Below, piece after piece: positions 1 to 10,649 of a DNA stretch of 64,000 nucleotides. The DNA is from Octopus sinensis (lineage: Eukaryota): contig NC_042998.1 in the NCBI RefSeq assembly GCF_006345805.1, positions 116,870,001 through 116,934,000 on the forward strand, written 5' to 3'. Under the pieces are notes generated by a model, which saw only the letters and a list, made by a program, of their open reading frames with translations, ran no database searches and was not told the origin of the DNA. Numbering within the stretch: position 1 is the stretch's first letter; every line of letters begins with the position of its first letter. A program made the position numbers and the translations under genes.

Positions 1-463
1 GTGACAACTTATCTGATATTATAATCATTTTTTTGGTTTTTAGGTTATAGAAACATTGATGCTTCTCTACCAATATTTCTTTATTTGTACCATGGCAACA
101 GTATAATTGCAAACCTCAGATAATGAGCGCGCAATCCAATTATTTTACTTGTTTCTAGCAGAAGATTGTCTGTAGTAAGATGAACTATATCATTTAGTTG
201 TTAATGTTATTTGGTTTTTAAAACTTGACTTAGAAATACATAAAATATTACTTATGTATATCGAGAAAAAAATTTCAAAAACACATCCAAAATAAAACGA
301 TTTTAGTTTTTATTTTTTCAAACATGAGTAGAATCAAAGAATATATTGTAGGTAAAGGTATATAAAGAAATATATATTTAGATATTTATTTTCGTTCAAT
401 ATGTAAAAAAAAAATAAATCACGAAAGAATAACAGGCAAGAGCGTTCCAAAATACATGATTAC

Positions 464-465
<2 letters not shown>

Positions 466-549
<84 letters not shown>

Positions 550-604
550 GTTTGTCTGTCTGTCTATCTGTCTTTCTGTCTGTCTGCCCGTCAGTCTGTC
601 AGTC
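466..604. repeat. (TATC)n/(TGTC)n microsatellite
   Basis: Run of TATC units grading into TGTC units. Confidence 0.97.
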
Positions 605-653
605 TGCTGTTGTCATGTCGATACATACATGCACATGCACTCACACGGAAACG

Positions 654-654
<1 letters not shown>

Positions 655-701
<47 letters not shown>

Positions 702-730
702 CGCACATACACACACACAAACACAAACAC
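655..730. repeat. (CA)n microsatellite
   Basis: Direct CA dinucleotide run. Confidence 0.97.
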
Positions 731-1025
731 GCATTCCATTTAAACACACTCCCGACAGTTTATCGGCAGTCAGGTAAAGATCGCATTTGCAATATTTTGG
801 ACAACATCGAATCTCCCCCAGTTCTGCGCAATATTAATTATAAGGACCGATATTTAGATTCATTTGGCCCATAATATAGCATAATTTACAGTTCTATTTT
901 TCCAATCCTAATCATCAGGCCGAAGCTAATATAGCAATTCCAAGTATACAATAGCAATTATGTTCTAAACTGAACGCAAATATAATACTTTATTTATAAA
1001 AGAAAATGAAGTCACATGTACTCTT

Positions 1026-1180
1026 GTTTCAAATTTTGGCACAAGGCCAGCATTTATTGGGGGTGGGGTTAAGTCGATTACATAGACCCCACTGCACAAA
1101 TAGTACTCATTTCATCGAATGTGACAGGAAATACTGCTAAGTTTATTTCCCGGCGTATTAAAGATTCTGTCATCTCGCTA
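1026..1180 (-). mobile_element. tRNA-derived SINE, family A (GGCGGCGAGCT...-headed), degraded
   Basis: Reverse-complement similarity to the cleaner copy at 61698-61930 (AAGTCGATTACAT.GACCCC, GGCACAAGGCCAGC). Confidence 0.8.
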
Positions 1181-1214
1181 TCCTAATCTTTGCTCTACAC
1201 AAATTAGGCTATGA

Positions 1215-1400
1215 GGTGCAAGAATTATTAGCACGCCGGGCTAAGTGCTTGGCGGCATGTTGCCCGTCTTCACATTCTGAGTTCCAATTCCACCCAAGTC
1301 AAGTTTGCCCTTAATCCCTTGAAGATCGATAAGTACCAGCTATGCATTGGGTTGATGTAATCGACTTATTCCTTTCCTCATTCGTGCTGACCTTGCACCA
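1215..1400 (+). mobile_element. SINE family A, degraded
   Basis: TTAGCACGCCGGGCTAAGTGCTTGGCGG...TTCTGAGTTCCAATTCC...GATGTAATCGACTTA matches the 61698 copy. Confidence 0.85.
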
Positions 1401-1419
1401 ACTTTTGAAATTAATATTT

Positions 1420-1488
1420 TTCAGCTATCTATTATCACCTCGCAACCTATTTGGATACCGCAAATAACATACAGACTCCTTAAAGAGT
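1420..1488 (+). repeat. 69-bp dispersed direct repeat, copy 1 (copy 2 at 2113-2181)
   Basis: ATTATCACCTCGCAAC.TATTT.GAT.CCGCAAATAACATACAG.CTCCTTAAAGAGT occurs at both sites with a handful of mismatches. Confidence 0.9.
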
Positions 1489-2019
1489 ATCACATAGACG
1501 CATCTATGTATTCATGTGTGTGCCTGAGTGTGGGGAATCGCATACATTACTTGAGATATATGAAAGTATTGCAAAAGTGTCATGCAAAGAACAGTTATTT
1601 GCTCAAAAAATAGTAAATACGGAAAAGAGAAAACAAGATAACGAGGCATCTAGTGGGTGTTAAATAGAAAGATTAGAAGTGTGAAGAATAAATATTTGCT
1701 TATTTTTCATCCGTGTTTTGTCTTTTAGACCAGCTGTGTATTTTCATATAAGAATGTTTTCAGAAATTTATGGAAAGCATAATATTTAGTATATATTTGT
1801 CAGGGGTAACGCTGTATTTGCATATAGTTTCTCGAAGACTAATATAATATATCTTGCTTTCTTTGGGTTTGTGAGCTTAAACGCATATTCAGCACACGAG
1901 GAATGTGGTTGTTTATATTTGCACGACGATTATTACGAAGTGCTTCGCTAATTGTGAGTGATAAATCTATACATTTCCAACCAATCTGAAACAAACAGTT
2001 TTCATCCTAGAAAAATGAT

Positions 2020-2181
2020 CTCTTCCTTCTGTACATCAATGACGTACATCGCATCCAACAGCAGTCACATTTGCTCACATAATACACCCATTAAATATTT
2101 CCCCAAAATTGTTTCAACTATATATTATCACCTCGCAACATATTTCGATCCCGCAAATAACATACAGGCTCCTTAAAGAGT
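2020..2181 (+). pseudogene. Degraded non-LTR (CR1/L2/jockey-type) reverse transcriptase remnant
   Basis: 2020-2043 translates LFLLYIND, the motif preceding YADD/FADD in these clades; downstream is frameshifted and decayed. Confidence 0.4.
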
Positions 2182-2238
2182 GAGCAGTGAGTATATGCCA
2201 ATGCTGTCTGTATACACACGCATATGTATATATGTGCT

Positions 2239-2336
<98 letters not shown>

Positions 2337-2709
2337 TGCGTGTGTGAATAAATGAAAGAATGGAGTCGAACGAAGATTTTAACAAAATTCCTTTACTCTC
2401 AACACATGTTTCGAACACTGCATACTCTTAATTCCGAAGGAATAAAGGGTGTATTATAACGTCTTCGCATCAGGAAAAACAAGGAACACAGCCTCAAGAT
2501 GAACAAAAACTTTTTGATGATTGCCTACATGGTGTATTTGCTACCCAGGTATCGTTTAACCGAATTATCCATACTAGGATAATTCATTCACCTACTTAAA
2601 TATATATATATATATATATACATTCATACATATATATATACACACACATGTATACATATGTCTATATATATGTATGTATGTACATATATGTATATATAGG
2701 TCTGTACGC

Positions 2710-2748
<39 letters not shown>

Positions 2749-2883
2749 GAATGGGGGTTTAGTTCACAGGTGACCTAAACGATTAGGTTCTCTAGGTATG
2801 TGCTGTAACGGATTACCAGGGCTCCAAGTTTATACCCGAGAAAGTAGTTATAGACCCAATGGGTTTATAATCCGATATAGCGG

Positions 2884-3379
2884 ATGTATAATTATTAAAG
2901 AGGAAAACAAACGTTAAGCCAGAGCGAACTTCTCAAGTTATATGCATTATTATTATTATTGGAAAAATTCCAATTCTTACTGCTCTTTCTGGGACATCCT
3001 AGAGTATGGGATATTCTGTCATCGAAGATGAATAAGGAAAATGAGAAAGGTGTAGATTAATCAAATGACGACATAGAGGACAGGAGTAAAAGAATAAGGA
3101 GATGAAGGGAGACAAGAAAAAAGAAACATAAACCTCATATTTTCTACTTTTTACTTCTTTCTTCTCTCTTTACACCTGCCCCCCCCCCCATGTTGTCATT
3201 TCATTGATCTATACCTTTCTCAGTTTTCCTATTTTTCTCTCATGACGGAATATCCCATACTCTGGGTTATCCCAGAAAAAGCAGTAAGACTTCCAATTTT
3301 TTTCCAATAATAATAATGTATATGACTTGAGATGCTTGTCTTGCTTTTACGTTTGTTGTCCTCTTCAACAATTATACAT
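2884..3379. repeat. ~500-bp imperfect palindrome (fold-back), centre ~3133
   Basis: 2884 ATGTATAATTATTAAAGAGGAAAACAAACGT vs reverse complement of 3349-3379 ATGTATAATTGTTGAAGAGGACAACAAACGT; 2981-3022 vs reverse complement of 3242-3283; pairing continues weakly almost to the centre. Confidence 0.9.
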
Positions 3380-3429
3380 ACATACATACACACATACATA
3401 TATATATACATATACGCAGATATAAATAA

Positions 3430-3470
<41 letters not shown>

Positions 3471-3540
3471 TCAATAAATGGTGGGATGAATAAGGAAAAT
3501 GAGAAAGGTGTAGATTAATCAAATGACGACATAGAGGACA

Positions 3541-4904
3541 TACATTTCCACCCACAACCCCAAAAATATCGAAGCATACACCACAATCATACAAAACCTC
3601 AGTCTACTGTGAACAGACCCAAAAATGAAAAACATTATAAATACACACAAAATCCTCAAATGGAAAAGGCAACACAAATCTTTAAAAAAACTCTTGACAA
3701 ATGCCAAACTTCACACACCACATCCACCCCCAACAGTAAAAAAATGTGCACGCTCAAACTGTGGTACCTGCCCCTTTCTACTTGAAGGCTCTGAATTTAC
3801 CTTCAAACAAGGTACGAGGTTTAAAATCAAGACTAACTTCTCCTGTTCCTCCGAGAACCTTATCTACGTTCTCACATGCGCTGGTTGCCAACATAATTAT
3901 GTTGGACAAACGAGTCTCCCGTTACGTAAACGAGTAACGGTGCATAAAGAACAAATAAATCTCCCGGAATACCGACAAATTCCACTTAGACTCATGTGCT
4001 AAAGACTTAAACCCCAAATTCTATATATTCCCCTTCTACCAATGTAAAGACGGGATCACCACACAGGAGAGAATTAACAAGGATAATCTCTTTATTGAAA
4101 AATTCCAAACACAACTTAATATGCAAACTCCTCGTTGATCAAACATCCTTTCTCTACCTCACTTTTCATGGATGGACTAACACAAATATATAAAGATACC
4201 ATGCATTCATCACTTCAAGCTAAAACTTATATTCTTTAAATATCATTTTTACTATTGTTGTTATTACTATCATTTTTATTATAAATGATATGACAATTTG
4301 AAATGCAATTGTCTATGCAGATTTATATTATTAGAAAATAATGTAAATAAAGTGTCAAAATCTGAAAGTTAAGTTAACAAGCAATTATATAAAAAAGATA
4401 ATGCAAATGAAGCTAAAATGATAGTTTTATAATTTGGGTTTTATTGAAGAACTCAAAAGAGTTGTCTCCCCTTACTCACAACACAGGAGCTGAAGAACCA
4501 GGACCACAATTACTACTACTTCCTGTCCTGCAAACATGCTGAATTTAACAACACAACACAACACATGCTCTTAATCTCTTTGGATCTTAACACCTCAAGG
4601 TAATTTTTTCGTAAACAACCATAAAACGCAAGATACACAACGAACTCACAATGTATCGGAGAACTTATTTTTTAATTTTTGTACATTTTTATCATTATTC
4701 TTTTACAAAAAACAATGCAATTTTCTTTTTTTCCCCTTTCTAATTTTTAAAAAAACTTCTTAAAACATAAATATTCTTGACAAGTTATACAATGACGAAA
4801 ACCTGTTGAATAAATATGCATTTATATATTTTATTATTTTCTCATTTTATTAAAATTTTCTTTCATTTGAGCATTCTGCATTTTTAAAAAAAAATTTTCC
4901 TTAC

Positions 4905-4905
<1 letters not shown>
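3541..4905 (+). mobile_element. Penelope-like element 3' fragment (RT C-terminus/linker, GIY-YIG endonuclease, 3' pseudo-LTR)
   Basis: ORF 3625-4002 has CARSNCGTCPF and NLIYVLTCAGCQHNYVGQT (GIY-YIG with PLE CxxC linker); the shifted frame ends ...ERINKDNLFIEKFQTQLN; hammerhead motif and AATAAA at ~4772-4814. Confidence 0.9.
4772..4812 (+). ncRNA. Type I hammerhead ribozyme motif, U3-A8 core, slightly decayed
   Basis: Stem I TATTC(4772-76)/GAATA(4808-12); core TTGACAA(4777-83); stem II GTTAT-ACA-ATGAC; GAAA(4797-4800); stem III ACCTGT (one change from palindrome ACCGGT, plus one extra A); H17=T4807. Confidence 0.6.
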
Positions 4906-5046
<141 letters not shown>

Positions 5047-5173
5047 CGGGAAGGTTTACGAAAATAAACAAAAGACGAAGGCATGTTTACGAAAATAAAC
5101 TAAAGACGAAGGCAGGTGGAGTACAAACAAACAATTGTATTAGTATGGCGCTCAGGAATAGAAATAAAAATTT

Positions 5174-5211
5174 TCTTTTACGTTTCGAGCCTACGCTCTT
5201 CAACAGAAAGA
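5174..5211 (-). ncRNA. Minimal type I hammerhead motif with CUGUUGA(A) core
   Basis: Minus strand TCTTT-CTGTTGA-A-GAGC-GTAG-GCTC-GAAA-CGT-A-AAAGA: 5-bp stem I, 4-bp stem II, palindromic ACGU stem III, GUA triplet. Confidence 0.65.
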
Positions 5212-6295
5212 TACACAGAAAAGAAACAAGGAGAGAAAAAAATGCGTGCAGGAGCTAACGACTCAACATGGCGTTCTGATTTCAGCCGGAAATCAGAGTT
5301 CAGAAGTTAGACGCTAAAGGGATAGTAAGGGAGATAACAGGGTCAAGTGACCTCGCCCCAACATAAGGGTGCGTGTGTGTATAAGAGAGTAGGTATGTGC
5401 GTATGAAAGGTCTGGACGTGTGTATGTAGTATGATGTGATGTGTAATGTCGTATGGTGTAGTGTAGTATGGTGTAGTGTAGTGTAGTGTAATGTCGTATG
5501 CTGTAGTGTAGTGTGGTGTAATGTTGTGGGGAGGTGGGGGCGAGAGTGGGGAAAGCCCATGTGGGGTGTGGGTTCGGCTGGGAGTTGGGAGTCGAGTGGG
5601 GGTTGTGGTGAGAGTGAAAGGGGGAGAGAAGTGAGGGGAGGGGAGGATGGGAGAGAGGGGAGGGGGAGGATGGGAGAGAGGAGATGAGGGGGAGGTGGGA
5701 GTGGGAGGGGAGAGAGGAGATGAGGGGGGATATTAGGGGGAGAGAGGAGAAGGAAGGAGACGGGGAGGGGGAGGGGAGAGGAGGAGGAAGGAAGAATGGT
5801 GCGTTGGAGAGGTAGGGTCGTAAGGTGGTAAGTGAGGGGGAAAGGGAGGCGGGAGACTACAGGGCGGGTTGGGGGGAGAGCAGATGCAGGGTCTACGGAA
5901 CGTGTTCTGGAAAGGGCGGTGTGGATAGTGGTGAGGGGGTATCCACGTAGGATGAAGTGGCGAGCCATGATTTTAGACTGAGTCTCAAAGTCATGGTCGA
6001 CACTACAGAGCCTACGTAGACGGAGGAATTGGGAATAGGGGATGGAAAGCTTGGTGTGTTTGGGGTGGGAGGATGAGAAGTTTAGGTATGTGTGTGAGTC
6101 TGTGTGTTTGTAGTGAATGGAGGTAGTAAGAGTGAGGTGAGAAAGTTGGTTTGTGAAAGCACGTGGTTAGATATATAAAAAGTAGAAAACAGTGAAAAAA
6201 CTACAGAAGGCTTGTTTTATAAGGTTAAAGAATATATTTAACTAGTTATGCTAGAAGAATGTTATAAAATTTTGTGTGTAGTAACATAGTTTTGG

Positions 6296-6332
6296 GAGAA
6301 AAACCGGTTTCGTGTAAACTTTTCAATTTCTC
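6296..6332 (-). ncRNA. Minimal type I hammerhead motif, U3-A8 core
   Basis: Minus strand GAGAAA-TTGAAAA-GT-TTAC-AC-GAAA-CCGGT-T-TTTCTC: perfect 6-bp stem I, 2-bp stem II, palindromic ACCGGU stem III, GUU triplet. Confidence 0.7.
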
Positions 6333-6641
6333 AAAGTTCTTTACCTACATCGTGCCATGTCTTCGTTATGAAGTGCAAAGAAGAGTTCCAGGCAGGGGCA
6401 GATAATAAGGGATTTCTTCCGATATAAGGGATTATATATATATAATCACTCATTCTGCTATAATGAATCCATAAAACATCCTTAGGTATAGTTTTCACTT
6501 TGAAGATATTATGCTCCGGTGATATAACTTTAATATATATTTAATATTTATTGAGCATTAATTGAAACAGATGTAAGGGATAATGATTAATTTGTTGTTA
6601 ATAATAAATCATTAATAACTTCCCAATCTCCATTTTCTTTC

Positions 6642-6690
<49 letters not shown>

Positions 6691-6711
6691 ATATAAATCA
6701 ATTATATATAT

Positions 6712-7503
6712 ATTGATATAAATCAATTAAAACCTGTGGCCTAGCATAACTTAAAGAAATGTTTGCAGATGTTTGCGTGTTCATATACATAAATATTAAC
6801 AAGTGAAACTAATTAGTACATATGCTATCGTTTTTAATTTCGTTCATTTTCATTTGTCTTGCTTATTTTTAAATTTTTTTGATGAGTTCTTTCATGGGAA
6901 CAAATTCTTCGTGGAAAATGGCGATTTGACGTCTATATCTAGCGTATAGGCTGTCCAATTTTAGTCGTCAGTCCTCTAAATTTTGTATGTACAAAATTTT
7001 TAATCTTCGAATTTCTTTAAAATATGCTAGGCCACTGGTTTTAATTGATTACTAACAATTTCAACCCTAATTTAATTTTAAATAATAAAATGTTCTCTAC
7101 CGGTATATTGACTGCTGTAGTTTATTAACTGCAGAATAATTCCGATCTCTGCGCGCCAAAGTGAAGGCATCTGAAAGATACACGTAAATATAATTTGTAG
7201 AACTTTATGCATGATGGATTTCGATTGAGCGTTCTGTATCTAGTTCTGGAAAGTGCGTTTTATAAACGACAGACTATGCTGATGATCTTGCAGATGCTCA
7301 CGTGTCCATATACGTAAATATTAACAAGTGAAACTAGTTAGTACATAGGTAATGGTTTTTTTATTTCGTATATTTTCATTTGTCTTGCTTACTTTTTACA
7401 CTTTGTTTTTTGCTGTGTTTTATCTTGAGAACAAATTCTTCATGGAAAATGGCGATTTGACGTCTATATCTACCACTTCTAGTGGTCAGTCCTCTAAATT
7501 TTG

Positions 7504-7538
<35 letters not shown>

Positions 7539-8346
7539 TATATATTATATATATTGATATAAATCAATTAAAACCTGTGGCCTAGCATAACTTAAAGAAA
7601 TGTTTGCAGATGTTTGCGTGTTCATATACATAAATATTAACAAGTGAAACTAATTAGTACATATGCTATCGTTTTTAATTTCGTTCATTTTCATTTGTCT
7701 TGCTTATTTTTTAAACTTTTTTTGATGAGTTCTTTCATGGGAACAAATTCTTCGTGGAAAATGGCGATTTGACGTCTATATCTAGCGTATAGGCTGTCCA
7801 ATTTTAGTCGTCAGTCCTCTAAATTTTGTATGTACAAAATTTTTAATCTTCGAATTTCTTTAAAATATGCTAGGCCACTGGTTTTAATTGATTACTAACA
7901 ATTTCAACCCTAATTTAATTTTAAATAATAAAATGTTCTCTACCCGGTATATTGACTGCTGTAGTTTATTAACTGCAGAATAATTCCGATCTCTGCGCGC
8001 CAAAGTGAAGGCATCTGAAAGATACACGTAAATATAATTTGTAGAACTTTATGCATGATGGATTTCGATTGAGCGTTCTGTATCTAGTTCTGGAAAGTGC
8101 GTTTTATAAACGACAGACTATGCTGATGATCTTGCAGATGCTCACGTGTCCATATACGTAAATATTAACAAGTGAAACTAGTTAGTACATAGGTAATGGT
8201 TTTTTTATTTCGTATATTTTCATTTGTCTTGCTTACTTTTTACACTTTGTTTTTTGCTGTGTTTTATCTTGAGAACAAATTCTTCATGGAAAATGGCGAT
8301 TTTGACGTCTATATCTACCACTTCTAGTGGTCAGTCCTCTAAATTT

Positions 8347-8390
<44 letters not shown>
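6712..8390. repeat. Near-identical 841-bp tandem duplication (6712-7552; 7553-~8390), each unit with an internal diverged ~220-bp repeat
   Basis: The differences I found between units are single-base indels at or beside homopolymers (e.g. CTCTACCGG vs CTCTACCCGG); subunit TTGCAGATG...AAATATTAACAAGTGAAACTA...CAGTCCTCTAAATTTTGTA occurs four times. Confidence 0.95.
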
Positions 8391-8394
<4 letters not shown>

Positions 8395-9117
8395 CATACG
8401 TACGCACACACACATACGGATACACATACACGATCACACACCCTGATACACATATATGTAAGTATGTATGTGTGCATGTATGCATCGTGCAAATTGTCTA
8501 TCATTCTCTCTATCTATATCGAGTTTTCTCAACACTCTTCGTTTCTCACTCCCTTTCTCGCTCTTACCTTCTCTAATTCACACACTGATGTACACATTTA
8601 CACTCACACATATATGTGCAAACGTTTAGAGATGATTACGAGATACTTCAGTATTAGTCTACAGCATATCTATTTGATAAGACATCATTCGTCCTCTTTA
8701 TTCACTTAGGCCCTTTATATATGTTATGAAGAGAGATTGTGTGAGTGAATGATATCGTGTGCAGACACCGAAGTACTGCCCAATAAATAACATTATAGAT
8801 ACAACAGGAATAGAAAGATCGCTAAAAACAGTTTTTGTTAAACAACAGATAACAGCACAAGTGAATAATAAAAATAACATCACAAATAGAAATTGAATGG
8901 TTATAGTGTTTCGGGATAACGAAACAACAAAACAAATAACAAACAGTATTTCAGGTAATGAAAAATGCGTACAGCCGCATAAAAGAAGACGGGAATGGTA
9001 GAGGAAGAGAATTAGATACATTTAGAACACATAGGCATCTCTACAGACAGCACGTAGAAGAAAGTGGTCAATTCCTTAGTGCACACGCGCATTATCATAT
9101 ATATGCACATACATGTG

Positions 9118-9149
<32 letters not shown>

Positions 9150-9150
9150 C

Positions 9151-9197
<47 letters not shown>

Positions 9198-9222
9198 ATA
9201 TATATATTTATTATATAGAAGG

Positions 9223-9273
9223 AGCTTCTACAGGACTAGAACTGTTTCATTCAAGAGAAATCTTCAGGAAGCT
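9223..9273 (-). ncRNA. Type I hammerhead ribozyme motif (inverted copy)
   Basis: Exact reverse complement of 9554-9604. Confidence 0.8.
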
Positions 9274-9553
9274 AGTTAACAAGAATTGTATTGGCATTTA
9301 TACATTTAGGCAGGTTTAAAGGGGTGTTGTAAAAAAAAGGGGAATAGAGTTTCCCCTTTTTTTTATATATAGATTTTTTTATTTTTTTATTTTTTTTATT
9401 TTTTTATTTATTCTTCTATCTAATTTAACACTGACTCCTTGACCACTCCCCCAAGTATGATATTTTGCGCTATGCCTACCCCCAAAAAGTCCCCCACCAA
9501 CACCCCTTTAAACCTGCCTAAATGTATAAATGCCAATACAATTCTTGTTAACT

Positions 9554-9604
9554 AGCTTCCTGAAGATTTCTCTTGAATGAAACAGTTCTAGTCCTGTAGA
9601 AGCT
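9554..9604 (+). ncRNA. Type I hammerhead ribozyme motif, canonical core
   Basis: AGCTTC-CTGAAGA-TTTC-TCTT-GAAT-GAAA-CAG-TTCTAGTC-CTGT-A-GAAGCT: 6-bp stem I, 4-bp stem III, GUA triplet (cleavage predicted after 9598); stem II has a U.U pair at 10.1/11.1. Confidence 0.8.
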
Positions 9605-9687
9605 CCTTCTATATAATAAATTAATTTTACTCTGCTATGTATTGAGTACCTTATTTACTGTGGTTAACCCCGAATCAACCCGGGACC

Positions 9688-9730
<43 letters not shown>

Positions 9731-10068
9731 TATATATATTATATATATATATATATGATTCTCTTCTATGATTGCTCTATGTACTGCTGGTTGTGTGTAG
9801 GTGCAAAGTAACTAACTAAGAAACAACGAGAGAAAAAGTATGTGCACCAGAGGAATAAATCAGCCAGAAAATGAATTGTACAATATAAAAAAAGATGTAT
9901 GTATTCCACCAATTAAAAAAAAACTCTACAGAACTAGACAAACGGAAAAGAAAAACAAGCGTGGGAAAAAAAAGCATATTAACATCTATCAGTACACAAA
10001 TGCATACACTATTATTCATATATATATATATATATATATACATATGTATGTATATATATATATATTAT

Positions 10069-10133
<65 letters not shown>

Positions 10134-10581
10134 GAATAGCTATACATACCAATGCAGCTATATAACATACACACAAATATTTATGTCTAAATGTACTGTC
10201 TTACACACATATATATATTTCTATTTCTATATTTCTATATTTGATCTTTTTTCTTCATGTGTATCTTCGCATCAGTAAATATTTTTGTTGTATGTCAGTG
10301 TTTATGTACTTATAAATTATATTAAGAAAATAAGGTTCAAACGTGAAAAAGAAATATGAAAGAAAAGAGTAAAATATTCGAAAGAATCATAATGAAAGAA
10401 ACCAAAACAATGACGTGATAGTATTTTTGGAACGTTTGGTAAGATGAAAATAAATATAAGAAATAAAATGACTTTGTATTGAAGATGAAAACGGCTACGC
10501 ATCAACGAAAAAATACAGTTAACTTTTATACATAATCATACACATTTCCAGTTCAGTTACATATATATAAATATGTATAAG

Positions 10582-10649
<68 letters not shown>

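Larger units (their letters stand above)
9206..9690. mobile_element. PLE-type pseudo-LTR fragment (+, ~9351-9690) with perfect inverted partial copy (9206-9329)
   Basis: 9206-9329 is the exact reverse complement of 9498-9621 (124 bp); each arm holds a hammerhead followed by AATAAA; flanked by (TA)n on both sides. PLE assignment is inferred from the hammerhead+AATAAA layout. Confidence 0.75.

Noticed and set aside
629-874. ORF ending LNTLPTVYRQSGKDRICNILDNIESPPVLRNINYKDRYLDSFGP
   Set aside because: Starts in a CA repeat; no recognisable domain or consistent splice pair.
7275-7312. TATG-CTGATGA-TCTTGCAGA-TGCTC-ACGTGT-C-CATA hammerhead-like string (also 8120-8155), which also reads DYADDLA
   Set aside because: The essential GAAA is absent and the sister subunit lacks CTGATGA; the YADD match has no supporting RT motifs.
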